DNA from: an uncultured delta proteobacterium
Lineage (GTDB): Bacteria > Desulfobacterota > Binatia > UBA9968
DNA: 64,000 nucleotides
NCBI GenBank assembly: GCA_963816145.1
Contig: CAWFJP010000003.1
Coordinates: 640,001 to 704,000 of the forward strand
Direction of reading: 5' to 3'
The notes under the pieces were generated by a model. That model was not told where the DNA came from, searched no databases, and worked only from the letters and a program-made list of their open reading frames with translations. Shown here one piece after another: positions 49,264-58,890 of the stretch (its first letter is position 1; each line of letters opens with the position of its first letter). Both the position numbers and the translations under genes were made by a program.

Positions 49264-50316
49264 ATGGCCGATACCAGACCCAACTATTCGACGCCGAGCG
49301 CAGTTCGCTCGGTGACATCCTATCCCGCGCGCCGCGGCTTTAAACAAGGACCGGTTGATCCATCGCTCGACTACGTCATCGGCGTCGACGACTCCATCGA
49401 CATCCATTGTCACGCCCACGAGGGCCAGCAAGACGCGCTCGGTGTCGCCAAGCTCGCTTCGAAAAGCCACATGGCAGGGATCCTCTACAAAACCATCGTC
49501 GGCCGCAAAGACTCGGCAGCGACGGTCGCAGGCATCCGCAAGACCCTCGAGTCATGGTGCGCCGAAAAAGGCTACACCCCCGTGCATCTATGGGCCGGCG
49601 CGTCGGTCACTCAAGGTTTTCTGTCGAAGATCGAGCCGGCGTGGTGCGAGAACAACTTAAAATCCGGCGTCAAAGGTTTGTGGATGCCCAATAACACTTC
49701 GGCAAACACGCTCAACATTGTCGGCGGCAAGCCTAGCGCCTGGGATAAAAATGCCGATCCCAAAGCGCATACCGAACCGCTGTCCTGGGAAGACTCACTC
49801 AAGTACGGCCATTATCTGCTCGACGACAAAGGTCGCCTGTTACCGGAGATCGAAGAGATATTCCGCATGGCCCATGATCACAACGCAGCGGTCTTCTTCG
49901 GCCATCCGACCAAACCGGAGTACCGCGCCATGGTTGAATACTGTCAAAAGATCGGCTTCAAGCGCGGCGTCGTCGACCACCCCTTCAGCCCCTTCGTCAG
50001 TCTGACCATCGAGGAGATGAAAGAAGCCGGCGCCGCCGGCCTGTGGATCAACTTCACCTACGATGAGTTGTCGCCGCTGCTCGGCATCGATCCGGGAAAC
50101 ATGTACAAAGCGATCCGCACGGTCGGACCAGAGCACTGCACGTTATCGTCAGACGCCGGTGAACCGCTATTCCCCAACTCGGTGGAATCGCTGCGGCTCT
50201 TGCGCGGCCATATGTCGGCCTTCGGCTGCACCGACGAAGAGATATACACCATGTGCACGGTGAATCCGGCATTCATCGTTGGTTTGGAAGTACCGAGGCA
50301 ACAGCGGGCGCACTAG
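49264..50316 (+). CDS. Amidohydrolase-fold protein (DUF6282-like)
   Basis: IDIHCH, FFGH, VVDHP, LSSDAG and TVNPA motifs. Confidence 0.75.
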   Translation: MADTRPNYSTPSAVRSVTSYPARRGFKQGPVDPSLDYVIGVDDSIDIHCHAHEGQQDALGVAKLASKSHMAGILYKTIVGRKDSAATVAGIRKTLESWCAEKGYTPVHLWAGASVTQGFLSKIEPAWCENNLKSGVKGLWMPNNTSANTLNIVGGKPSAWDKNADPKAHTEPLSWEDSLKYGHYLLDDKGRLLPEIEEIFRMAHDHNAAVFFGHPTKPEYRAMVEYCQKIGFKRGVVDHPFSPFVSLTIEEMKEAGAAGLWINFTYDELSPLLGIDPGNMYKAIRTVGPEHCTLSSDAGEPLFPNSVESLRLLRGHMSAFGCTDEEIYTMCTVNPAFIVGLEVPRQQRAH

Positions 50317-50357
50317 CCAGTCACTGCGAATTACTACGGTTCAACAAAATGTTATCT

Positions 50358-50435
50358 CACCACGAAGGCACGAAGGACACGAAGGTTTCGGATGATGGCA
50401 ATTCCAAACTTCGTGCTCTTCGTGCCTTCGTGGTG
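50358..50435. repeat. CACGAAG-type inverted repeat element
   Basis: caccacgaaggcacgaaggacacgaag ... cttcgtgctcttcgtgccttcgtggtg. Confidence 0.88.
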
Positions 50436-50464
50436 AAAACCATCGGCGCTTCTTAAGCTAAAAT

Positions 50465-50614
50465 CTAGGCGCTACCGCTCTCAACATCGTGGGTTTCGCA
50501 GTATTCGACAACCTCCACCAACTCTTCCACTGGACTGCCGGGCACGGACTCGTACCACTGCCGGCAGCCGCATTCGGCTTCGAAGTAGTCTTTTCTGATC
50601 GGTGGCTTTTCCAT
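50465..50614 (-). CDS. 49-aa putative zinc-binding mini-protein (CGC...CxxH), absent from the ORF track
   Basis: My translation: MEKPPIRKDYFEAECGCRQWYESVPGSPVEELVEVVEYCETHDVESGSA*; TGcTATAAA ends 8 nt upstream of the ATG. Confidence 0.6.
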   Translation of the reverse strand: MEKPPIRKDYFEAECGCRQWYESVPGSPVEELVEVVEYCETHDVESGSA

Positions 50615-50705
50615 AGGTAATTTTTATAGCACCGTTCATGCGTCGTCGACAAATGTCATCCGTCGACTTTGATTTCCGGCCGATTCACGATATATCCGGC
50701 CTGGT

Positions 50706-51716
50706 ATGGAATACGGGATTTTTGACCATTTGGATCGCAACGATCTGCCGCTCAACGAGTTTTACGAGGCGCGTCTCAAACTTATCGAAGCCTACGAGCG
50801 CGCCGGCTTTTACGCCTACCATCTGGCCGAGCACCACTCGACGCCGATCGGCATGGCGCCGTCGCCGAGCGTGTTTCTTTCCGCCATCGCTCAGCGGACA
50901 AAAACACTGCGCTTCGGGCCGATGGTCTACGCCTTGCCGTTGCACCATCCGCTGCGCTTGATCGAAGAAATCTGCATGGTCGATCAATTGAGCGGCGGGC
51001 GCTTGGAGATCGGTTTCGGCCGCGGCTCGTCGCCCACGGAAAACGCTCTTTATGGCCAAGATCCGGCACAGGCGCAGGATATGTACACCGAGGGGCGCGA
51101 GCTGATCCTCCAGGGACTGACGCAAAAGACCCTCACCTACGAAGGTAAACACTACCGATTCAAAGACGTGCCGATGGAACTCGAGCCGTTGCAAAAACCC
51201 CATCCGCCGATGTGGTACGGCGTTCATTCCGTCGAAGCCGCCGAGCGCGCCGCGAGACAAAATCTAAACATGATCAGCCTCGATTCGGCCAAGGACACAC
51301 GCAGCTTCAACGGCAAGTTTCGCGAAACCTGGCGCGCGCTGCACGGCGACAAGCCGACACCTAAACTCGGCCTGAGCCGCTTCATCGTCATCGCCGATAC
51401 CGACCCGGAAGCGCTGACCATCGCGCGCCGCGCCTATCCCGTGTGGCATCGCAATTTTTACTTTCTGGCTCACCTCAGCGGTCGTATGCCGGCCCACCCG
51501 CGCTCGCCCGAGTTCGACAAAATGATGGAACTCGGCCAGGCGGTGGCCGGTAGCGGGCAATCCGTCTATCAATTTTTACAGCGCGAGGTCGATGAGTCGG
51601 CAGCGAACTATCTCGTCGGGCAATTTGCCTTCGGCGATCTCACTCTCGCCGAGTCGCTGCGCACCGTGGAGCTGTTTCGAAAAGAAGTGATGCCGAAGAT
51701 GAAAGAATACACCTAG
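50706..51716 (+). CDS. LLM-class (luciferase-like) flavin-dependent oxidoreductase
   Basis: LAEHH, HPLRLIEE..DQLSGGRLE.G.GRG and PLQKPHPP motifs. Confidence 0.93.
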   Translation: MEYGIFDHLDRNDLPLNEFYEARLKLIEAYERAGFYAYHLAEHHSTPIGMAPSPSVFLSAIAQRTKTLRFGPMVYALPLHHPLRLIEEICMVDQLSGGRLEIGFGRGSSPTENALYGQDPAQAQDMYTEGRELILQGLTQKTLTYEGKHYRFKDVPMELEPLQKPHPPMWYGVHSVEAAERAARQNLNMISLDSAKDTRSFNGKFRETWRALHGDKPTPKLGLSRFIVIADTDPEALTIARRAYPVWHRNFYFLAHLSGRMPAHPRSPEFDKMMELGQAVAGSGQSVYQFLQREVDESAANYLVGQFAFGDLTLAESLRTVELFRKEVMPKMKEYT

Positions 51717-51739
51717 CAGTTACGCGCGGCAGACGGTTT

Positions 51740-51817
51740 CACCACGAAGACACGAAGAGCACAAAGTTCGAAAAATATTAGATCCGACACGTTCGTGTCC
51801 TTCGTGCCTTCGTGGTG
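51740..51817. repeat. CACGAAG-type inverted repeat element
   Basis: caccacgaagacacgaagagcacaaag ... ttcgtgtccttcgtgccttcgtggtg. Confidence 0.85.
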
Positions 51818-51882
51818 TGAGAACCAAGTACAGACAGCGCACGCTCAAGAACGAATTGTAAGAAGCTAAGGAGGAATCAGCA

Positions 51883-52714
51883 ATGGAAAGAATTGGCTTT
51901 GTCGGCACCGGGGCGATGGGCTCTGCCCTATTGTCGCGTTTGAAACTCGCCAACGTTTCGGCGGTGAGTTTTGACATAGCGCCAAAGGCGCAGGAGGCTG
52001 CGCGCGCCGAGGGCGCGCAAACGTTGAACTCAGCCAAGGAAGTCGCCCAGGCCTGCACCATCATCGATGTGGTCGTCCGCACCGATCAAGACGTGCTCGA
52101 CTGCATGCTCGGAGAAAACGGCGTCGTCGAGGGGGCCGCGCCGGGGACGCTGGTCTTGCTCCATAGCACGATCCGCCCGACCACCACCAAGAATGTAGCC
52201 TTGTCCGCGGCGGACAAACGGGTCAACGTCATCGACGCCTGCATGACCGCCGTACCCAACGTCGTGCGCCAGGGCGGTTTGACGTTTCTCGTCGGCGGCC
52301 AAAAGGCCTTTTTCGACCGCGCCAAGCCCCATCTCATGAACATGGCCAAAGACGCCGTGTACATGGGCCCGCTCGGCTGCGGCAACGTCACCAAGCTATT
52401 TCAAAAACATGGTCACCGCCTCGGAAGCTTTGGTCGTCTACGAGGCGCTGCAGATCGCCAAGGCCGGCGGCATCGGCTACAAAGCCGCCCTCGATCTCAT
52501 GAAGAAAACCAAATCAGCAAATATTTTGGATCGCTGGGAAACCCGTTTCCAACTGTCGGGCAACGAGATGACTTTCAATCCCGGCACTAACCTCTACGAC
52601 AAGGATCTGCCGCTCGCTGCCGAAGTCGGCAAAACTCTCGGCGCCGAGATTCCAGTCGTCGAAGCGCTGGCGGCACTAGGGATCAAATTGAACGGCGGCA
52701 AGGTCAGCATCTGA
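51883..52714 (+). CDS. 3-hydroxyisobutyrate dehydrogenase-like NAD(P) oxidoreductase with a +1 frameshift near 52399
   Basis: GFVGTGAMG; removing one T from ctaTTTcaaaaac restores KLFKNM and joins the ORF at 52409..52714 (KDL.LA). Confidence 0.85.
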
Positions 52715-52720
52715 GAAAAA

Positions 52721-52791
52721 GGCGGAAGGATGAGGCATGAAGGATGAAGTAAGTGTGAACGATTCGATTCATCCTTCCGCCTTCATCCTTC
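52721..52791. repeat. Inverted heptamer micro-repeat (AGGATGA / TCATCCT)
   Basis: ggcggaaggatgaggcatgaaggatgaa ... ttcatccttccgccttcatccttc. Confidence 0.8.
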
Positions 52792-52803
52792 ATGCTTGCC
52801 CGT

Positions 52804-53052
52804 ATGCATAACCGTACTTATCAAGGCCACGGCGTTGAACTCGACGCCGAAGAAGTTCGCGCCGGCGAATGGGTAGCGCGCGCCACCGTGGTGATTGACG
52901 CCGGTCAGAAGCCCAAGCGCATTCCGATCTTCGGCCGGCGCCGCGCCACTTTCGACAGCCAAGAACAGGCCGACTCCTACGGTTTCGAACTGGCAAAACT
53001 TTGGATCGACGGCAAACTGTCGGGGGCAAACGGCCACGGGCTGCCCGACTGA
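52804..53052 (+). CDS. Small hypothetical protein
   Basis: 82 aa, protein-like beta-hairpin plus helix pattern (TFDSQEQA...AKLWIDG), co-oriented with the next gene. Confidence 0.6.
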   Translation: MHNRTYQGHGVELDAEEVRAGEWVARATVVIDAGQKPKRIPIFGRRRATFDSQEQADSYGFELAKLWIDGKLSGANGHGLPD

Positions 53053-53061
53053 GGAGAATTG

Positions 53062-53481
53062 ATGGACATCGCAACCGCACAGAAATTCTTGCAAGAAAAT
53101 CATCGCGCCTGCATCGCCGTCAGACAAAAGGACGGCCTGCCGCAAATGACCCTGGTGACGCCCGGCATCGACGCCGAAGGGCGAGTCATCCTTACCTCAC
53201 GCGGCACGACCTATAAAGTGAAACACCTGCGCCGCGACCCGCGCGTCTCCATGCTCGTCTTCGGCGAACAATACAGCGGCTCGAAGTTCGTGCAGATTCA
53301 CGGCACGGCGGAGATCGTCGACCTGCCGCAAGCGATGGACGGGCTGATCTATTGGTATAAGCAAGTGCGCGGCGAGCACAAAAACTGGGAAGACTACAAA
53401 AAACAAATGGCCGACGAAAAACGCGTTCTCGTCCGTATCAACATCGAAAAAGTCGGGCCGCAAAGCGTGAAGAGGATTTAG
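53062..53481 (+). CDS. PPOX-class (pyridoxamine 5'-phosphate oxidase-like) putative F420-dependent oxidoreductase
   Basis: DGLPQ, KVKHLRRDPRVS and KRVLVRI motifs; GAGGAG RBS. Confidence 0.85.
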   Translation: MDIATAQKFLQENHRACIAVRQKDGLPQMTLVTPGIDAEGRVILTSRGTTYKVKHLRRDPRVSMLVFGEQYSGSKFVQIHGTAEIVDLPQAMDGLIYWYKQVRGEHKNWEDYKKQMADEKRVLVRINIEKVGPQSVKRI

Positions 53482-53746
53482 CCACAAAGAGCCTAGCGCG
53501 GCACAGCCGCAACCAAGACTTGGAATATCTCCCGCCAAGGCGCCAAGTCCGCAAAGTTCGGAGGATAACGGTGAAAACCGTTCTTAGGAATTATTATTTT
53601 CCCCGCCAAACTTGGCGACTTTGCGCCTTGGCGGGATAAATTTCTGAATTCGAGTATTTTCGCTATCCGCGCAAATTTCGAGATATACTAGTACATGGTT
53701 CACAAAGTATCAAAACCGATACCGCCCTTTTGTGACCCTTGTGGTG
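53481..53746. repeat. Nested CACAAAG / CGCCAAG-type inverted repeat elements
   Basis: gccacaaag..tcccgccaaggcgccaag ... cttggcgactttgcgccttggcggga ... ttttgtgacccttgtgg. Confidence 0.75.
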
Positions 53747-53756
53747 AATTCTTCTC

Positions 53757-54743
53757 TTACTCCCCTGCGCGGAGCCGTTGCCGATCATGCGGCAAATCGA
53801 GGTGGCTCATGTCCGGGCCGATCGGCACGATGCCGGTGGGGTTGACGTTTCTCTGGCTATAGTAACCCGCCTTGGTCTTCTGTAAATCGAACGTTCCTTT
53901 GATTCCCGGCCACTGGTACAGCTCGCGCAAGTAATTCACCAGATTCGGATAGTCCTGCACGCGCCGCAGGTTGCATTTGAAGTGACCGTGATAGACCGGG
54001 TCGAAACGCAGTAGGGTCGGAAAAGCGCGCCAGTCGGCCTCGGTGATGCGGTCCCCCGCCAGATACCGCCGATCGCTCAACCATTGCTCCATCTGATCTA
54101 AACAGCTAAATACCTTCTTCACCGCTTCATCGTAAGCTTCCTGGCTGCGCGCAAAACCGGCGCGATAGACGCCGTTGTTGAAATGGCTGTAGACCAGCTC
54201 GTTGATTTTATCGATCTCGCCGCGCAGTAGGTCCGGATAGAAATCGTAGCTGACAGGCGTATGGTTGCGGAACCCGCTGTTGAACATGCGGATGATTTCC
54301 GACGATTCGTTGTTGACGATGGTGCGCCGCTCACGGTCCCAGAGAGTCGGCACGGTGACTTTGCCGGTGTAGCTGGCATCCGCCGCGGCATAGACTTGAT
54401 GGAGGCGAAACACGCCGTCAGCTTCGGGTTGGAAGTCGTCGATCGGTTCCGAATAGGCCCACCCCGCGATCTTCGGTTTATCGGCCAGAGACATCGAAAC
54501 CACACCTTCCAACTGCTTTAACTTGCGAAAGATGATCGATCGATGGGCCCAGGGACAGTTGTAGGAGACAAAAAGATGATAACGGCCCGGCTCGGCTTTG
54601 AAGCCGCCGCTGCCGGAAGGTCCGGCGCTGCCATCGGCAGTCACCCAATTGCGGAACTGCGAGTCCGCGCGCACAAAAGCGCCGCGCACATCGGCGCTGA
54701 CCCGGTCGTCATCGTCCCACTTGCCGTTTGCCATGTGCCCCAT
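53757..54743 (-). CDS. Glutathionyl-hydroquinone reductase (Xi-class GST, YqjG/ECM4-like)
   Basis: GRYHL, CPWAHR, TVPTLWD, NNESSEI, NNGVYR.GF and NPTGIVP motifs. Confidence 0.92.
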   Translation of the reverse strand: MGHMANGKWDDDDRVSADVRGAFVRADSQFRNWVTADGSAGPSGSGGFKAEPGRYHLFVSYNCPWAHRSIIFRKLKQLEGVVSMSLADKPKIAGWAYSEPIDDFQPEADGVFRLHQVYAAADASYTGKVTVPTLWDRERRTIVNNESSEIIRMFNSGFRNHTPVSYDFYPDLLRGEIDKINELVYSHFNNGVYRAGFARSQEAYDEAVKKVFSCLDQMEQWLSDRRYLAGDRITEADWRAFPTLLRFDPVYHGHFKCNLRRVQDYPNLVNYLRELYQWPGIKGTFDLQKTKAGYYSQRNVNPTGIVPIGPDMSHLDLPHDRQRLRAGE

Positions 54744-54913
54744 ACCAATTCTCCTATCCTGCAAAGTTTACTCTTAACAAAATCGGGCCACCGCTGAAAG
54801 TCAAATGCTTGTTCGCTCGTCAACACCTCGTGACAGGAAATTTAAAAACGGGATATTGCCACATTGACACCAGATTCTAAGTTCTGCGATAAACAGAACA
54901 GATGAGGTAAAAC

Positions 54914-55861
54914 ATGCAATCCGTAGGATTCATCGGCCTGGGTAATATGGGCGGGCCGGTCGCAGGACATATCCAGCGCGCCGGATTTCCGATGATTGTG
55001 TGCGATCTGCGCGCGGAAGCCATGAGACCGTTTCGCGAGCGCGGAGCGAAGGTCGTCGATTCAATTGCCGAGCTTGCCAACCGCAGCGACATTATCATGA
55101 CCGCTTTGCCGATGCCCCATGACGTCGAGAAAGTAGCGACAGCAATTCTCGAAGGGATAAAACCGGCGGCGATCTATATCGACATCTCAACCAACCCGCC
55201 TTCGCTGATGCGCAGCTTTGAATCGAGATTTGCCGCCAAAGGCGCTCACCTCCTCGACGCGCCAGTGGCGTCGGGGCAACCCGGCGCAGCGCGCGGCATT
55301 CACGAAGTGATGGTAGGCGGTGAAAAAACCGTCTTCGAGCGCGCCAAGCCGGTGCTCGACGCCTTCGGCGATCAAGTGATATACGCCGGACCGCTCGGCT
55401 CGGGAAGTATTTGCAAGCTCGTCCATCAAATGATCAACAGCACCGTCGCACAGGCGATTGCCGAAGGGCTTACTCTCGGCGTCAAAGCCGGCGTCGACAC
55501 GGTCGCGCTGTGGGAATGCGTGCGCCGTGGAATGGTCGGGCGCATGCATGTGCTGCACAGCCAGGTGCCGCAAAATGTTTTTCGCAACGACTATGCAACC
55601 GACACATTTCCGCTCAAGCTACTGCGCAAAGATATCGCGCTCGCGACCGCCTTGGGCCGCGGCCTCAATGTCTCCCTACCGTTGGCGAACATCGCCGAGC
55701 AAACACTCATCGAGGCGATGAATCGCGGATGGGGCGATCAATCCGCCTACACGGTATCGTTCAAACTTCAGGAAGAAGCGGCGCGAGTGGCGCTGCGCGC
55801 CGAGGGGGTCGACCCGCAAAAAGCTGGCCGGTATATTTCGACGAATCCCAAGGTCGAATGA
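54914..55861 (+). CDS. 3-hydroxyisobutyrate / 6-phosphogluconate-type NAD(P)-dependent dehydrogenase
   Basis: GFIGLGNMG, DAPV, MVGG, KLVHQ and KDI.LA motifs. Confidence 0.9.
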   Translation: MQSVGFIGLGNMGGPVAGHIQRAGFPMIVCDLRAEAMRPFRERGAKVVDSIAELANRSDIIMTALPMPHDVEKVATAILEGIKPAAIYIDISTNPPSLMRSFESRFAAKGAHLLDAPVASGQPGAARGIHEVMVGGEKTVFERAKPVLDAFGDQVIYAGPLGSGSICKLVHQMINSTVAQAIAEGLTLGVKAGVDTVALWECVRRGMVGRMHVLHSQVPQNVFRNDYATDTFPLKLLRKDIALATALGRGLNVSLPLANIAEQTLIEAMNRGWGDQSAYTVSFKLQEEAARVALRAEGVDPQKAGRYISTNPKVE

Positions 55862-55865
55862 AGAG

Positions 55866-55965
55866 GTTCCAAACGCTCAAGCCGTTCAAATCGCTCAAAC
55901 CCCCACCTCTTTCCTCCCCCGCATCGCGGGGGAGGATGAAGGAGGGGGGATTGAACGACTTGAAC
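55866..55965. repeat. GC-rich hairpin (CCCC..CTCCCCC / GGGGGAG..GGGG) flanked by inverted nonamer TTGAAC repeats
   Basis: gttccaaacgctcaagccgttcaa.. ccccacctctttcctcccccgcatcgcgggggaggatgaaggaggggg ..ttgaacgacttgaac. Confidence 0.75.
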
Positions 55966-55981
55966 ATCTCCGGAGGTTTTA

Positions 55982-57115
55982 ATGGCGAAACAGGGCTTCA
56001 AAGTACTGGACAGTGACATGCACATCCTCGAGCCAGCCGATCTTTGGCAGCGCTATACCGACGCAAAGTTCAAGCACCGCGCACCGGTGGGCATGACCGA
56101 TCACGTGCGCGACTTGCGCCTCGTCGGCCCCGACGGCAAGGCCTGGGGGCGTCCCGTCGACCCGCCGCCTGGAACACTGCCGCCACCCGGCCATATTTTC
56201 CACAAGAACCAGAAACTGTTTAAGACACACAACCAGCGCGGTTGGTCGTCGCAGGTGCAGCTCGACGCCATGGCGGAGGAAGGTATCGACGTCGCGATTC
56301 TTTACCCGAGCCGCGGCTTGAACCTGCTCAGCGTGCCCGACTTAGAGCCGGCATTCGCTGCCGCGCTCGCGCGCGCCTATAACGATTGGCTTTACGAATT
56401 CTGTCGGGCCGATCCCGGCAAAATGGTCGGCGCCGGCATGATCTCGCCTTTCGATATTGGCAGTGCGATCCAAGAAGCGGAACGCTGCGTCAAACAGTTG
56501 GGCTTCCGCGCAATTTTTCTGCGCGCCAATATCGTCAACGGCCATAACTGGCACGAGCCCTACTACGAGCCGCTGTGGTCCGCCTTGGAAGAGTTCGGCG
56601 TGCCGCTGGGATTTCACGAAGCGAACAATTCAATGGCGCGCCAGACCGGCGACAACTTCGGCTACGACTTCATGCTGCGCCACACCTATGCCCATCCGGT
56701 CGAGCAGATGCTCGCCGTGGGGGCATTTTGTGGCGGCGGAATTTTGGATCGCCACCCGAAATTGAAAGTCGCTTTCCTCGAAGGCAACTGCGGATGGCTG
56801 CCGTTTCTGCTCTGGCGTTTGGACGAACATTGGGAACAATACGGCGATCAGTGGGCGCCAAACGTGCAGAACTCGCCGAGTTTTTATTTCAAACGCCAAG
56901 GCTACGCCTCGGTCGAGTGCGACGAAGAGCCGGTCAAATACACCATCGACTTTCTCGGCAATGAACGGCTGGTTTTCTCCACCGACTTTCCCCATGTCGA
57001 CACCAAGTATCCCCATGCGGTGGAGCGGTTTCTCGAACTGCCGATCACCGATGATGACAAACGGAAAATTCTCTGGGACAACTGCGCGGCTTATTACGGC
57101 ATGACGGGACTGTAG
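55982..57115 (+). CDS. Amidohydrolase_2 family protein
   Basis: LDSDMH, ARAYNDWL, GFHE, FLEG and FSTDFPH motifs. Confidence 0.92.
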   Translation: MAKQGFKVLDSDMHILEPADLWQRYTDAKFKHRAPVGMTDHVRDLRLVGPDGKAWGRPVDPPPGTLPPPGHIFHKNQKLFKTHNQRGWSSQVQLDAMAEEGIDVAILYPSRGLNLLSVPDLEPAFAAALARAYNDWLYEFCRADPGKMVGAGMISPFDIGSAIQEAERCVKQLGFRAIFLRANIVNGHNWHEPYYEPLWSALEEFGVPLGFHEANNSMARQTGDNFGYDFMLRHTYAHPVEQMLAVGAFCGGGILDRHPKLKVAFLEGNCGWLPFLLWRLDEHWEQYGDQWAPNVQNSPSFYFKRQGYASVECDEEPVKYTIDFLGNERLVFSTDFPHVDTKYPHAVERFLELPITDDDKRKILWDNCAAYYGMTGL

Positions 57116-57161
57116 GGGGAAGATGATCAATTTGCTCAGAACATTCAGCGCATCCGAGTTT

Positions 57162-57221
57162 TGTAGAAGCAGCCCCCCGTGCCTGCCCTCCGGATGGGCA
57201 ACCACAGGGAGTTGCCCCTAC
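57162..57221. repeat. GTAG-type REP doublet
   Basis: tgtagaagcagccccccgtgcctgccc ... gggcaaccacagggagttgcccctaca. Confidence 0.75.
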
Positions 57222-57227
57222 ATTGTG

Positions 57228-58193
57228 ATGCAGGTCGTACGCGGTGCCGCGCGGTTTTTTCTGCCGCTGGTCGTCCTATTTGGCGGCGCAATAATTTCTG
57301 AACATGTCCATGCCGCCGAACCGTCAAACAAAGTGCGTATCGGCTATCCATCCTCAGCGGTCTCGACGCTGCCCTTTGACATCGCCAAAGAAAAAGGCTT
57401 CTACGCTAAAGCCGGACTCGACGTCGAATACATCCAGATGCGCAGCGCCCTCGGCCCGCAGGCGATCCTCAATGGCAACATCCAATTCTTCACCTCGCCG
57501 CAATCGGCGATCAACGCCGCCGTGGCCGGCTTGCCGTTGGTCGTCGTGCTGTCGCTCTACCGCGATACACCCTGGGTATTGGTGACGACCAAGGAGATCA
57601 ACAAAACCCAGGATCTAATCGGCAAGCGTCTCGCCATCTCCGACATCCGCTCTTCGCCCTATTATTTTGCCCGCGCCGGACTCCGTAAACTTGGGCTGGA
57701 AGAAAAACAAGTAAGCCTGGTCACCACCGGCGGCACGTCGAACAGCTTCGCTACTCTAACCACGAATCAAGTGGCTGGCGCGGTCTTGAGCCCGCCGTTC
57801 GACGAGAAAGCAGTCTCGCTCGGCTACAAGAAGTTTCTCTTCTTGGGTGACCTAGCGGATATTCCCTACGTCGGTCTATTTACCTCGCAGGCGGAAATCC
57901 GCGCCAACCGCGAGCGCATTCGCCGCACCATCGCCGCCGTCATGAACGCCATCGATTGGCAAAAGAACAACCGCACCGAAGCGATCAAAATGATCGCCTC
58001 TCGTTACAAGATCAGCCCCGGCGAGGCTGAACGCTCCTACGACACCATGGTTGCGATCTTATCGCCCGATGGCGCCATCAATATGAAAAAAGTCCGCGGC
58101 TACTTGGATCTCCTGCGCGAAGAGCGGCCGGTACCCGAAAGCTTCGACGCTGACAAGCTGGTGGATTTCTCCATGCTGCCGGGTGCGCGCTAG
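57228..58193 (+). CDS. ABC substrate-binding protein (SsuA/THI5-like); start may be 57123
   Basis: Signal peptide ending VHA; IAKEKGFY..AGL motif. Confidence 0.88.
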   Translation: MQVVRGAARFFLPLVVLFGGAIISEHVHAAEPSNKVRIGYPSSAVSTLPFDIAKEKGFYAKAGLDVEYIQMRSALGPQAILNGNIQFFTSPQSAINAAVAGLPLVVVLSLYRDTPWVLVTTKEINKTQDLIGKRLAISDIRSSPYYFARAGLRKLGLEEKQVSLVTTGGTSNSFATLTTNQVAGAVLSPPFDEKAVSLGYKKFLFLGDLADIPYVGLFTSQAEIRANRERIRRTIAAVMNAIDWQKNNRTEAIKMIASRYKISPGEAERSYDTMVAILSPDGAINMKKVRGYLDLLREERPVPESFDADKLVDFSMLPGAR

Positions 58194-58250
58194 CCCCGCC
58201 GACGCGCCACTTGCAATGCCGCCTCAAGGTTGTCAGCATCAAGCTGTATG

Positions 58251-58739
58251 ATGGAAAAAGGGTTGGCGTTTGCATTGGCGTTGCTCATTCTGGCTGGGTA
58301 CGAACAACTTGGGGCGGCCGCCGACCCATCGCAAGAAGTCTTGCAGGAGTCGAGTAAAGCCCGCCAGGAACAGCAGGCCAAAGAACTAAAAGCCAAGGAG
58401 CAGGTGGAGCAGTTAAAGCGCGACCAGCAGGTGACGGAAGCCCAACAAAAACTAGATCAGATCAAACAGCAAAAGGCCGAACCAGCGGGCGCACAAAACC
58501 CCCAAGCCGGCCAAACGCAGCAACAGCTCGATCGAATAAAAAACGACCAGCAACTGCAGCGCCTGCAAACCGACCGACAGCTGCGCAGCATCGAACAAGA
58601 AAAAGATCCGCTGCGCCAGCAACAACAGCTCAACGAACTCCAGCGCCAACAACAAATCCGCTCTTTGCAGGAGCAGATCCAACGCAATCAAATCCAGCAG
58701 GATATGGATAGGCTGCGGCAGCAGCAGAATCTTCGCTAA
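58251..58739 (+). CDS. Secreted glutamine-rich coiled-coil protein
   Basis: Signal peptide followed by recurring QQ(L/I)xx(L/I)xxx units. Confidence 0.65.
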   Translation: MEKGLAFALALLILAGYEQLGAAADPSQEVLQESSKARQEQQAKELKAKEQVEQLKRDQQVTEAQQKLDQIKQQKAEPAGAQNPQAGQTQQQLDRIKNDQQLQRLQTDRQLRSIEQEKDPLRQQQQLNELQRQQQIRSLQEQIQRNQIQQDMDRLRQQQNLR

Positions 58740-58809
58740 CTGTTCAGATCGTGCCGGCCGACATTCGGTTTCTCAGCCAAGGGATAAAGCAATGTCGATG
58801 GTTTATTCC

Positions 58810-58890
58810 GTCATTGCAGCGCAAGCCGGAATCGTGGAGTTTTTCATCGGAAAAAAGACAAAGTTGGATACCGGCTTGCGCCGGTATGAC
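58810..58890. repeat. GTCATT..ATGAC palindromic repeat doublet (degenerate)
   Basis: gtcattgcagcgcaagccggaatc ... ggataccggcttgcgccggtatgac. Confidence 0.75.

Noticed and set aside
50458-50652. 64-aa ORF listed in the track
   Set aside because: The overlapping 49-aa frame (50465-50614) has better motif and promoter support.
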